Source: Gemmatimonadota bacterium
Lineage (GTDB): Bacteria; JBHIER01; G020348925
NCBI GenBank assembly: GCA_020348925.1
Contig: CP070758.1
Location: 4,107,688-4,171,687 of the forward strand
DNA length: 64,000 nucleotides
Reading direction: 5' to 3'
Shown: positions 20,106 to 29,544 of the stretch, in pieces
Position numbering within the stretch: the first letter of the stretch is position 1
Layout of the letters: every line of letters starts with the position of its first letter
Notes under the pieces: model-generated
Seen by the model: the letters and a program-made list of their open reading frames with translations, nothing else
Databases searched by the model: none
What the model was told of the DNA's origin: nothing
Position numbers and translations under genes: made by a program

Positions 20106-22994
20106 TTAATCTGCCTTTTGCATCTCGCTTTTCAAAGACTCGAATTTAAGTCGAAATTCCGGTGAAAAACTCTCGTCGAGGGCATTCTCGGGATGCAACT
20201 GAATTGATTTCTTGAGAGCTTCCTCGACTTTCGACGAATGTTCAGAAAATGGGAAATAGGAGTACGCCAACCATAAATATGCCTCGGAGAGATCCTCGTC
20301 GTTCATTTCCTGAGTCGTGATGGCCTCCAAAAAGGCCGTTTGAGCGCGTTCAAACTCAGCAGAAAGGTGTAACCGCCTTCCTTCTTCGAGCAGATATCGC
20401 GCCTGAGGCGTCGTCTTCTTGATCCGTTGAAGTTGAATCACACCCACATCGAGTTGAATGCCCTCTGAGACATTGAGATTTTCCACGACATGCTCGACGT
20501 ACTCCTGAGCACGTATGGCGAGTCTATAAAGACCCGCATACAACCCTGGAGTCTGAAACATACCATTTTCAGCACGGGCAGTCACAGTGGTAATTTCCTT
20601 GTCTTGACTGAAGAGTGTCACGAGAGCACCGACATGCGGCGGGCTGACAAAACCGACAATACTGCCCGGTTTTTTCACATAGGTTGTATCATAGGCGACC
20701 CTTCCGCTTTCCACGACCATGGTGTGAGGTATCACCGGACTGACATACCCTTTCGCCTCCACTTCAATCGCGTACTCACCAGGCCTGACGTCAAGAAACA
20801 CAAAACAACCATCGTCTGGGTTCACTGTCGCTTCGGCTATATATTGCAGATCTTTTTTAAGACGAACCCTCGCCTCGGATACTTTCGGAACGACCACCCC
20901 GGAGATCGAACCGTTCTCCTCCAGGAGTATCATGTCAGTTCGAACGACCCGTCCAGGAACAATTTGCACCGCCACCTGATTCGTTTGAACGTATCCCGGA
21001 GCCTTAATCTGGATCGTGTACTCATTTGGGGGAATACCACTCACAAAGAAGGAGCCATCCCAAAAGAGTGAATCGATTGTGACAGGTTGTCCGTGGAGAT
21101 AGAGTGCAACGTGGCCACTCTCCGGAACCGGCTCCACACAACCTTCGACAGCACCGTCCTTCAAATGGGTCAGACGGAATATTGATATCCGGTTATGTTC
21201 GGCGTCGGAGACATATATCTTTCCCCCAGGACCCAACTCGATGTGTGTCGGTTTGCGAAACTGACCAATGAGATTCCCTGAAGAAGCGAAACGCACCATC
21301 GGACGCCGTTCGCGGTCATACACATGAATTCCGGTTCGGGTATCTAACACGTAAATATTTCCACTCGTATCGACATCAACGCTGACCGGATCTTGAAACG
21401 GTCCTCGCTCCTCATCGCCAATGAACGACATTCTGCTGCCGTTCGGTCCCAAGATGCTTACGGTGCGGCTCCCCTCTTCCACCACGTACACTTTCCCATC
21501 GACTGCCACAACCCCTTGAACCGGCTTTCGAAGAGGTGCACCTGTATCACCGGCAATCATTCTCAGAAAAGCACCCTCAGCATCCAGTACCTGAATACGA
21601 TTATTATTTTTATCCGCGACATAGAAATTGCCCTTGTCGTCAAGCGCCACAGCATGAGGTCCGTTAAATTCCAATGAACCTCCGCCCTTTTTCCCCAACT
21701 GACCTTGAAACACTCCGGAATCGCTCCATTGTTGAAGGCGATTGTTGCCCGTATCTGCGACATGGAGGATCTTGTTTTGACTCCAGACGATGCCCATCGG
21801 TTTTTTGAGACGGCCAGGATCCGCACCTTCGCCCCCAAAATTCATCAAAAAACTCCCCGCCCATGTATAGACATAAATCGAATTGAACTCCCCGTCTGCA
21901 CAGTATACGTTCCCCTCGTAATCCAGCGTAAACGAATTGAGACCTCGCGAGTTGGGTGCGCTGGAATGTTCGAAATCACCGATCCAGACAACACCTTTGG
22001 GAAGCATCTGCTCTGAGGGTACGACCAGTCTGTTTTTCCTTTCATCGAGGCCCACCAATGAAAATTGTTGAATATTGTAGTTTTTATTGTCCGCCACATA
22101 CAACGTGCCCTTCCCATCGACAAGAACAGCATTTGGACTTCTGAACTCGCCGCGCCCCTGCCCTTTTACCCCTAACCGAGCATAGTACGAGGGGGGCTTG
22201 CCTGGAGTGACGGCCGAGCCGATGATAAAAACGTTGCACCGCTCGATGTCTGTGACGTACAGAGTACCATCACCTTCCACAAAGATTCTTCCAGGAGCGG
22301 AAAGTGTAAATCTGGGCTCACTTCCCGGCATCACAGTGTTGAGCAACCGAAAATTATAATCAAAGACATGAATTCCAGCACCCTCGGCATCCAAAACATA
22401 GAGATTTCCCAAACGATCGACGCCGATATCCACCGGCTTCCCGAGGTCTGCCAACCGTCCCATGTAAATCCCCTGATTGTTGTAACAAAATACGTACCCC
22501 TTCCGGTCAGCCACGAACAGGCGTCCAAATTTATCACACGCAATACCAGTAGGTTCGGAGAGTTTGGTCTCTGAATCATCCGCGGGTCCAAAGCACCTGA
22601 GAAAACGGCCCTTCTCGTCGAAAACGAGAATTTGCCCGTTTGCACCGTCTCCGATGAAAAAATTCCCACGCGCGTCTGTTGCAAAACAGTCAGCCTTGCC
22701 CAGGGTGTATTCAGATTCTCGTTGGGAAAGAGATATTATGACTTTTGCGGCAAGCGAGTCCAGAAGAGCGATTGAAGCATCATCGTTCAGCAGGTACACG
22801 CTCCCGTCTGCGCCGACATCCATGTCCACCACCCGTGCGGCACGTTGGCTGACAAAGTCGACGCGGACGTGTTGGGCATGACTCGGAACTCCCGTGAAGA
22901 GAAGAAAAGCGGAACACACACCGGCGAATATTCTCACCACTTCCGTTACGGTTCCGTGAAACGCCTGCGATGACATGGAGGACCGTCGAAACAT
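20106..22994 (-). CDS. Secreted NHL-repeat protein with carboxypeptidase-regulatory-like beta-sandwiches and a TPR-like end
   Basis: Repeated F..P..VA.D..G..YVAD..N.RIQ; repeated G.I.G.V.P...G.F....V.PGEY segments. Confidence 0.85.
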   Translation of the reverse strand: MFRRSSMSSQAFHGTVTEVVRIFAGVCSAFLLFTGVPSHAQHVRVDFVSQRAARVVDMDVGADGSVYLLNDDASIALLDSLAAKVIISLSQRESEYTLGKADCFATDARGNFFIGDGANGQILVFDEKGRFLRCFGPADDSETKLSEPTGIACDKFGRLFVADRKGYVFCYNNQGIYMGRLADLGKPVDIGVDRLGNLYVLDAEGAGIHVFDYNFRLLNTVMPGSEPRFTLSAPGRIFVEGDGTLYVTDIERCNVFIIGSAVTPGKPPSYYARLGVKGQGRGEFRSPNAVLVDGKGTLYVADNKNYNIQQFSLVGLDERKNRLVVPSEQMLPKGVVWIGDFEHSSAPNSRGLNSFTLDYEGNVYCADGEFNSIYVYTWAGSFLMNFGGEGADPGRLKKPMGIVWSQNKILHVADTGNNRLQQWSDSGVFQGQLGKKGGGSLEFNGPHAVALDDKGNFYVADKNNNRIQVLDAEGAFLRMIAGDTGAPLRKPVQGVVAVDGKVYVVEEGSRTVSILGPNGSRMSFIGDEERGPFQDPVSVDVDTSGNIYVLDTRTGIHVYDRERRPMVRFASSGNLIGQFRKPTHIELGPGGKIYVSDAEHNRISIFRLTHLKDGAVEGCVEPVPESGHVALYLHGQPVTIDSLFWDGSFFVSGIPPNEYTIQIKAPGYVQTNQVAVQIVPGRVVRTDMILLEENGSISGVVVPKVSEARVRLKKDLQYIAEATVNPDDGCFVFLDVRPGEYAIEVEAKGYVSPVIPHTMVVESGRVAYDTTYVKKPGSIVGFVSPPHVGALVTLFSQDKEITTVTARAENGMFQTPGLYAGLYRLAIRAQEYVEHVVENLNVSEGIQLDVGVIQLQRIKKTTPQARYLLEEGRRLHLSAEFERAQTAFLEAITTQEMNDEDLSEAYLWLAYSYFPFSEHSSKVEEALKKSIQLHPENALDESFSPEFRLKFESLKSEMQKAD

Positions 22995-23066
22995 CCCAGC
23001 AATTCACCTTCCTAAAAAAACCGCCATGAACCCACATGGGCTCTCGGACATCTTATAAGATTATAA

Positions 23067-23095
23067 ATTATAAGCTATTGAAAAGAAAAAAGCAA
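23067..23095 (-). promoter_or_regulatory. sigma70-type promoter for the NHL-kinase operon
   Basis: TTGCTT-17 nt-TATAAT on the minus strand. Confidence 0.55.
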
Positions 23096-23158
23096 GTTTT
23101 TTTAACAATCGCACTTTTTCCGGTCATTCCGGGACCTTCCTTTTTTTTCGAATTTCTC

Positions 23159-23187
23159 TTGACTTCACCTTCATTTAGGGATATTAT
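23159..23187 (+). promoter_or_regulatory. sigma70-type promoter for the phosphatase gene
   Basis: TTGACT-17 nt-TATTAT. Confidence 0.55.
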
Positions 23188-23262
23188 TGGGTATTACTTA
23201 TTCTTGCCTCGGGTACGGAACAGGCATCCTGACTGCAACTCATTCACCGGACGAACGCCACT

Positions 23263-24549
23263 ATGACGGAAAAATCATTAGAGTCCCTCCAGGAAGAAAA
23301 CAGACGTCTCCACAGGGCTGTTGAGGAACTGTCCATCCTCAATGACCTCGCCCGAGTCATTAGCTCCACTTTGAGCGTCAATCAGATTATGGAATTGATT
23401 GTCCAGAAATCGGTAAAGACCATCGGCGTGGAACAAGGGTCGATAACCCTCCTCTCCACCGAGGAAGCAGCTCCCATGAAGACGCTGGTTCGGGGTGCGG
23501 ACTCAAGTTACGGAAAAATGCCTTACCACATAGGGGTCAACCTCACAGGCTGGATGATCAAGCATCAAAAACCACTCATCACGAATGACCTGCAAACCGA
23601 CCCTCGTTTCAGAAGCCTCAAGGATGTGGAAATCAACATTAAATCTATCTTGAGCGTTCCTCTGAAAGTGAAAGATCGTCTCATCGGATCCGTCAATCTC
23701 TTCAACAAACTGAAGGGATCGTTCACCGATGCTGACCAGCGGCTCCTTTCGATCATAGGGACTCAATCGGCTCAAGTGATCGAAAATGCTCGCCTCTATG
23801 AGGAGGAGCGTGAGAAGGAGCGACTCATGAGGGATCTCATTACGGCGCGAGAGATCCAGATGAGTCTCCTGCCCGACGACAATCCGCAGCTACCGGGTGT
23901 GGATATAGCCGGGCGCAGCATCCCCGCGTTTGAAGTCGGTGGTGATTATTTTGATTTTGTCCCCTTGGAGGACAACCGGCTCGCCATTACGCTCGGGGAT
24001 GTCTCAGGCAAAGGCATACCTGCCGCGCTCCTTATGTCAAACCTTCAGGCGGCTCTTCGAAGTCAGGCCTCCTCCTCCCCTCTCCCCAAACCGTGTATCA
24101 CTCAGGTCAACAGACTGCTCCATTCATGTACAAGCTCCGAGAAATTCGTGACACTCTTCTACGGCATCTTTGATGCTCAAAAGAGATCCCTCCATTATAC
24201 AAATGCCGGTCACAATCCTCCGTTGGTCATAGATCCTCACGGAGAGTATTCAACCTTAGATGTCGGAGGCATAGTAATCGGTGCCGTTCCTCAGTTTCCA
24301 TATGAGGAAGGGATCATACAATTGAATCCGGGACATATTTTGGTCATGTACTCCGATGGTATAACCGAAACCGAAAACGAAAAGGAGGAACAATTCGGCG
24401 AAGAGAGATTGATCCGCATAATCCGTGAGCATGCTGATTTGAAGGCTACAGAAATCTCAGAAAGAATTATCGACCAAGTGAATTCCTTTTCACAAGAGAG
24501 CCCCCAACAAGACGACATGACCCTCATCGTTATGAAGGTGTTGGAGTAG
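23263..24549 (+). CDS. GAF-domain SpoIIE/RsbU-type PP2C phosphatase
   Basis: VGGDYFD, GDVSGKG..AAL, NAGH, YSDG and DDMT motifs; N-terminal GAF. Confidence 0.93.
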   Translation: MTEKSLESLQEENRRLHRAVEELSILNDLARVISSTLSVNQIMELIVQKSVKTIGVEQGSITLLSTEEAAPMKTLVRGADSSYGKMPYHIGVNLTGWMIKHQKPLITNDLQTDPRFRSLKDVEINIKSILSVPLKVKDRLIGSVNLFNKLKGSFTDADQRLLSIIGTQSAQVIENARLYEEEREKERLMRDLITAREIQMSLLPDDNPQLPGVDIAGRSIPAFEVGGDYFDFVPLEDNRLAITLGDVSGKGIPAALLMSNLQAALRSQASSSPLPKPCITQVNRLLHSCTSSEKFVTLFYGIFDAQKRSLHYTNAGHNPPLVIDPHGEYSTLDVGGIVIGAVPQFPYEEGIIQLNPGHILVMYSDGITETENEKEEQFGEERLIRIIREHADLKATEISERIIDQVNSFSQESPQQDDMTLIVMKVLE

Positions 24550-24632
24550 TACGTCTTCATATCCGAGATGGAGTTGTTCTCCCATTCTCAATACATCCAC
24601 TCCTTATCACACATTATGGAATATTTGGCAAG

Positions 24633-24675
24633 CTTACTCCAAACTTCCGAAGTCTTGGAAACTTCAGAAGTTTTC
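24633..24675. repeat. REP-like palindrome
   Basis: AAACTTCCGAAGTC-TTG-GAAACTTCAGAAGTTT imperfect inverted repeat between convergent genes. Confidence 0.5.
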
Positions 24676-24804
24676 TCTTACAAAGAAAAACCGCCCCAAT
24701 CTTATGACCGGAGCGGTTTCTTCATTCCTTTACTTTTCGATCCCTCGCTTCAGCTCAGGACATGCTCTTCAACCTATTAACTTAGTAACTTTGTAACTTG
24801 GTTT

Positions 24805-25160
24805 TCACTTCATCAACACCATCTGCCTGGTGGCGGTAAAATCGTTCGCCTCGATCCGGTAGAAGTAGACGCCGCTGGGCAGGCCCGCCGTATCCCAGGA
24901 GAAAGTGTAATAGCCGGCATCCAGACCATCGTCAACCAACACCGCCACCTCCTGTCCCAGCATGTTGTACACCCTCAGCCTCACCTGACTGTCCTCAGGC
25001 AAGCCAAACTCAATATTGGTCTCGGGATTGAAAGGATTCGGATAGTTCTCCAATAAAATATATTCCTCTGGAACAATTCCCCCCTTTGTCGCCAGAGGTC
25101 CCCGAAAATGTGGCAGCCGCCTCACTTCCATTGTCACGTCCACACTGTGTGTCACATCGC
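24805..25160 (-). CDS. C-terminal T9SS-type/FlgD-like sorting domain of a secreted protein, truncated by the gap
   Basis: NYPNPFNPET.I.F.LP....V.L.VYN.LGQEV..L...SGVYFY..MVLMK. Confidence 0.85.
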
Positions 25161-25260
25161 NNNNNNNNNNNNNNNNNNNNNNNNNNNNNNNNNNNNNNNN
25201 NNNNNNNNNNNNNNNNNNNNNNNNNNNNNNNNNNNNNNNNNNNNNNNNNNNNNNNNNNNN
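25161..25260. other. Assembly gap (100 N)
   Basis: Run of n; genes on both sides are truncated. Confidence 1.
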
Positions 25261-25262
25261 GA

Positions 25263-25868
25263 TGCTCCGGGCACGTTCTCTACAGGACAGCCGATTTTGC
25301 CAACTTCAAAAATCTGGCTCATCATAATCTTGAAATGATCAAGGAGAGCGGGGCCAGGTGCGTCGTCTTCTCCTGCCCGGAGGGGTACGCCACCTTCAAG
25401 CATCTCTATCCGAAATTCTTCAGGAAACTGAAATTTGACATCGTCCATATTATCGAACTGGTAGCTAACAGAGTAAAAAGTGATGAAATCACATTGAAAG
25501 AGAATCATGGTAAAGTGACGTATCAGGATCCGTGCCGTTTGGGGCGATTCATGGGCATCTACGATGAGCCCAGGACAATTTTGAAGGGGATCCCGGGTAT
25601 TGAATTTCAGGAAATGGCCCGCAGCGGTCCTGATGCCCTGTGCTGCGGGTCCAGCGGCTGGATCAACTGCACCCGGGTCAACAAGAAGATTCAGATCGAG
25701 CGGCTCAAGGAAGCCCTTGACACCGGCGCTGAGACACTGATCACAGCCTGTCCCAAGTGCAACATCCATCTGAGCTGCGCCATGCGGGACGATCCTGATG
25801 TGAACATTGTGATAAAAGATATGACCACACTCTTAGCGGAGTCCTTAGGAGGAAAACGTGCCAAGTGA
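25263..25868 (+). CDS. CCG-domain Fe-S oxidoreductase (HdrD/GlpC-like), 5'-truncated
   Basis: [20 protein letters not shown] and TACPKC motifs. Confidence 0.9.
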   Translation, partial: CSGHVLYRTADFANFKNLAHHNLEMIKESGARCVVFSCPEGYATFKHLYPKFFRKLKFDIVHIIELVANRVKSDEITLKENHGKVTYQDPCRLGRFMGIYDEPRTILKGIPGIEFQEMARSGPDALCCGSSGWINCTRVNKKIQIERLKEALDTGAETLITACPKCNIHLSCAMRDDPDVNIVIKDMTTLLAESLGGKRAK

Positions 25869-27165
25869 CGTCTTGGTCATCGGTGGCGGAATCGCCGGCA
25901 TACAGGCCTCACTCGATCTGGCCGAGATGGGCGTTCAGGTCCACATGGTGGAGCGCAAGCCCAGCATCGGCGGGGTCATGGCCCAGCTCGACAAAACCTT
26001 CCCCACCAACGACTGTTCCATATGAATTCTGGCGCCGAAGATGCTGGATGCCGGTCGGCATCCCAAGATCAACATGCTGGCTTACAGTGAAGTGAAAAAA
26101 GTGTCGGGGGTGGCCGGGAACTTCACGGTCAAGGTTCTGAAAAAAGCCCGCTACGTCAAGGAGGATATCTGCAACGCCTGCGGTGATTGCCTGGAAAAAT
26201 GCCCGGTCAGGAAGATTCCAGACGACTTCGACATGGGGCTCCGCAACAGGCGGGCCATTTATCTCTACTTCTCCCAGGGCATCCCCGCCGTCATGACCAT
26301 TGACCAGGACCACTGCATGTATCTCACCAAGGAGAAATGCGGCGTCTGCCAGAAGGTCTGCCAGAAGGGCGCCATCGACTACGATCAGAAGGACGAGACC
26401 CTGAGCCTCGGTGTGGGTGCCATCGTCCTGGCTACCGGACTGGACATCTTCGATCCGGAATCCCTGACCCAATATGGCTACGGAAGGTTGCCCAACGTGA
26501 TCACCGGGCTGGAATACGAGCGGCTCATCAACGCCACAGGCCCCACAGGTGGTCATCTCAAGAGAAAATCTGACGACCAACTGGCCAAGCGAGTCGCCTA
26601 TCTGCAGTGCGTCGGGTCCAGGGATCTGAACAACTGCTCCTGGTGCTCCAGCGTCTGCTGCATGTACTCCATCAAGGATGCCATGCTGGCCCGGGAGCAC
26701 GATCCGGATGCGGTCTCCTATATTTTCCATACCGACTTTCGCAACGTGGGCAAGTGGTTCCAGAAGTACGAGATTCGCGGCAGGGAGGAGTACGGCATCA
26801 ATTACGTAAGGGGCCGGGTGGCTGAAATTTCCGAGGACAAAGATCACAATCCCATCCTCTGGTACGAGGATACTGAGACACGGGAGGTGAAAAGCCTGAC
26901 CGTGGACATGGCTGTACTGGCGACAGCGGCCAAACCCAGCGCAGGATCGGACAAACTGGCAAAACTTTTGGGTGTGAAACTGAATCCGTCGGGATTCGTG
27001 AAGACGAACCTCCCCTATCCCACGGACACCAATATCCCCGGGATTTACGCCTGCGGCTTCTGCCTCGGCCCGGCCGACATTCCGGAGTCGGTGGCCCAAG
27101 CCAGTGCCGCCGCCAACCGCGCTGCGGAGGTCGTCTTCAGAAAAGATTTGAAAAAGAGCGCGTGA
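25858..27165 (+). CDS. hdrA: Heterodisulfide reductase subunit A-like protein, probable selenoprotein (UGA 26023-26025)
   Basis: AGGAGG RBS and GTG 25858; [13 protein letters not shown] motif; [20 protein letters not shown] in frame with ORF 26041..27165; ferredoxin motifs; CVGSRD..CSSVCC. Confidence 0.9.
26046..26063 (+). promoter_or_regulatory. Candidate bacterial SECIS hairpin for hdrA
   Basis: GGATGCC-GGTC-GGCATCC; G-starting loop 27 nt after the UGA. Confidence 0.65.
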
Positions 27166-27207
27166 TAGATGTAAAATAAGAAAATATAAGAAGGATATAA
27201 TCAGAAT

Positions 27208-27295
27208 TGTCATTCTGAACGGAGTAATGAAAAGTGAAGAATCTCACTTTTAAGATAACAGATTCTTCGCCCGACAAATCGGACTCAGAATGACA
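27208..27295. repeat. TGTCATTC...GAATGACA palindromic intergenic element
   Basis: TGTCATTCTGA...GAAGAATCT / AGATTCTTC...TCAGAATGACA. Confidence 0.75.
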
Positions 27296-27315
27296 GAATC
27301 AGGAAGAAAGATAAC

Positions 27316-28992
27316 ATGGAAGAAATTCGCATAGGTGTTTTCGTCTGCAACTGCGGCACCAATATCGCCGGTTTTCTGGACACGAAGGCCGTGGCCGAGT
27401 ACTCCAAGAAACTGCCCCACGTGGTTTTCACCAGAGAAAACCTCTACTCCTGTTCCGAGGCCGGCGTCACGGACATCAAGAACGCCATTATCGAAAATAA
27501 GCTCAACCGGGTTGTGGTGGCGGCCTGCACGCCCCGGACCCACGAGCCCCTCTTCCGGGCTTCCTGCGAGGAAGCGGGCTTGAATCCCTTCCTCTTCGAG
27601 TTCGTCAACATCAGGGAGCAGGATTCCTGGGTCCATAAGAACGAATGGGAGAATGCGACTGACAAGGCCAAAGATCTCATCCGCATGGGTGTAGCCCGGG
27701 CGGCCTACCTCGAGCCGAAGAAGGCCATCATCGCTGACGTTGAGGAGAAGGCGCTCGTCATGGGCGGTGGCATATCCGGGCTGAGCGCGGCCCTCTCCCT
27801 GGCCGATCGTGGGTTCAAGGTCTATCTGGTTGAAAAAGAGAAGGAACTCGGCGGAATTCTGAGAAACATCTACCGCATATACCCCTCGAACATCGATGCC
27901 GCGGACCTGTTGGCACAGAAAATTGGTGCTGTGAAAGAACACCCCAAAATCGACGTGTTCACCTCCTCCGAAGTGTCGGAGGTGAAGGGGTACATCGGCA
28001 AATATCAAATCACTATCGAACACAAGAGGGGCAAACCGAAGCAGCTCAATGTGGGCGTAATCATTGTCGCCACCGGCGCCTCCGTCCTTGTTCCCGAGGA
28101 TATGTACAATTACGACGGAAAGAATGTGATCACCCAACTCGAACTTGAACAAAGATTGAGGGATAATAGTTTCGACGCACAGAACGTGGTCATGATCAAA
28201 TGCGTCGGGGCGCGGGTGCCGGAACGGGTCTACTGCTCCCGCATCTGCTGCATGACGGCCATCAAAAACGGGATAATCATCAAAGAAAAAAATCCAAACG
28301 CAAAGGTTTTTATCCTCTACCGCGACCTCATGTGCTACGGCGACGACAACGAGGAGTTGCTGCGCCAGGCCAAGGAGCACGGTATCCGTTTCGTCGGTTA
28401 CTCGCTGGAGCATCCGCCGGTTGTCGAGAACGGTACGGTGAACGTTCGGAGCAGCCTCCTGGGCAAGGAATTGTCCCTCGAGAGCGATTGTGTCGTGCTG
28501 GCCACGCCCATAATACCCCAGTCAGGTTCCGGGACCGTCTCGAAGATGCTCAAGGTACCTCTCGATGAGACGAAATTCTTTTTGGAGGCCCACATCAAAC
28601 TCCGGCCCGTGGATTTCGCCACAGATGGTATCTACATCTGCGGCACGGCCCACTGGCCGGCGGCCACCAATGAGAGTGTTGCCCAGGCTTTAGGGGCAGC
28701 AGCCCGGGCTTCCATTCCGCTGACCAACAAACAGGTGAACGTCGAGCCCATCGTCTCCATGCTTTTCGACGAGGATCTGTGCCGGGGCTGCGGCATGTGC
28801 GCCTATCTCTGTCCCTACGGGGCCATTGAAATGATCGAGACGGAGAAAGGCACCAAGGCCAAAATGATCGAGGTCGCCTGCAAGGGCTGCGGTGTATGCG
28901 GGGCCACCTGTTACAAGCGGGCTATTAAGATGAGCCATTACACGAACGAACAGATCGAGGCCCAGATAGAGGCGGCGTTTGAAGAGAGATGA
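27316..28992 (+). CDS. hdrA: HdrA-like FAD/Fe-S protein, second module
   Basis: RIGVFVCNCG.NI, VAACTPRTHE, GGGISG, YCSRICC, FLEAH.KLRPVDF; C-terminal 2x[4Fe-4S] motifs. Confidence 0.9.
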   Translation: MEEIRIGVFVCNCGTNIAGFLDTKAVAEYSKKLPHVVFTRENLYSCSEAGVTDIKNAIIENKLNRVVVAACTPRTHEPLFRASCEEAGLNPFLFEFVNIREQDSWVHKNEWENATDKAKDLIRMGVARAAYLEPKKAIIADVEEKALVMGGGISGLSAALSLADRGFKVYLVEKEKELGGILRNIYRIYPSNIDAADLLAQKIGAVKEHPKIDVFTSSEVSEVKGYIGKYQITIEHKRGKPKQLNVGVIIVATGASVLVPEDMYNYDGKNVITQLELEQRLRDNSFDAQNVVMIKCVGARVPERVYCSRICCMTAIKNGIIIKEKNPNAKVFILYRDLMCYGDDNEELLRQAKEHGIRFVGYSLEHPPVVENGTVNVRSSLLGKELSLESDCVVLATPIIPQSGSGTVSKMLKVPLDETKFFLEAHIKLRPVDFATDGIYICGTAHWPAATNESVAQALGAAARASIPLTNKQVNVEPIVSMLFDEDLCRGCGMCAYLCPYGAIEMIETEKGTKAKMIEVACKGCGVCGATCYKRAIKMSHYTNEQIEAQIEAAFEER

Positions 28993-29042
28993 CAGATAAT
29001 AGATAGTAGATGGTAGATTGCAGATATTAGATTGTAGATGAT
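28987..29042 (+). repeat. 7-nt-period tandem array (AGATNNN)x8
   Basis: AGAT at 28987, 28994, 29001, 29008, 29015, 29022, 29029 and 29036. Confidence 0.9.
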
Positions 29043-29054
29043 TGGAGACATGAG

Positions 29055-29492
29055 GTGAGTATTTTGAATGCAGGATATAAAAAATTGAAAATATACCAAC
29101 TCGCTCATGAACTGGCCCTTCAAGTTCATAAGATGTCTTTGAAGTTGCCGAAATTCGAAATGTATGAAGAAGGTAGTCAGGTCAGACGTTCATCAAAATC
29201 CGTATCAAGCAATATTGTAGAAGGTTATTCCCTCAGAAGATACAAGGCAGAATACATTCGTTACCTTTTTAGAGCATACGCTTCATCTCAGGAAACAGTC
29301 GAACATCTCACCTATTTACATGAAACGGAGTCCTTGAAGGATACTCGAATTTATAAGAAGTTTATAACCAAATATTCTGAATTGAATAAGATGCTTTTCT
29401 CATTCATTAGATCAGTAGAAGAAATGCATGAAACAGATTTATTCTCATTTGACAAGGAGCATTCCATCAAACATCTGATATCTACTATCTGA
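29055..29492 (+). CDS. Four-helix-bundle protein (23S rRNA IVP / Avd-like family)
   Basis: YKKLKIYQ.A, LPKFEMY..GSQVRRSSKSV.SNIVEG, YL..A..S..ET..HL; AT-rich compared with its flanks. Confidence 0.88.
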   Translation: MSILNAGYKKLKIYQLAHELALQVHKMSLKLPKFEMYEEGSQVRRSSKSVSSNIVEGYSLRRYKAEYIRYLFRAYASSQETVEHLTYLHETESLKDTRIYKKFITKYSELNKMLFSFIRSVEEMHETDLFSFDKEHSIKHLISTI

Positions 29493-29500
29493 TATCTTAA
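29466..29500 (+). repeat. 7-nt-period array (ATCTNNN), reverse complement of the upstream array
   Basis: ATCT at 29473, 29480, 29487 and 29494; degenerate ATCA at 29466. Confidence 0.8.
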
Positions 29501-29544
29501 TTGAACTATGCACTACGTTACGTTTAGATTCTTACGGTGAAGAG

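Noticed and set aside
25086-25868. ORF-track ORFs spanning the N run
   Set aside because: Artefacts of the 100-N gap; adjacency of the two sides is not established.
26023-26025. Genome-wide UGA reassignment (code 4 or 25) or pseudogenisation as the explanation for in-frame TGAs
   Set aside because: Many genes end normally at TGA, Trp is encoded by TGG, and all three in-frame TGAs fall at conserved Cys positions with downstream hairpins.
25909-28413. Long antisense ORFs (434 aa and 387 aa) opposite the hdrA genes
   Set aside because: Shadow ORFs from GC-rich codon bias with no recognisable motifs.
29055-29492. Avd-like gene as part of a diversity-generating retroelement
   Set aside because: No reverse transcriptase and no TR/VR pair are visible in the window.
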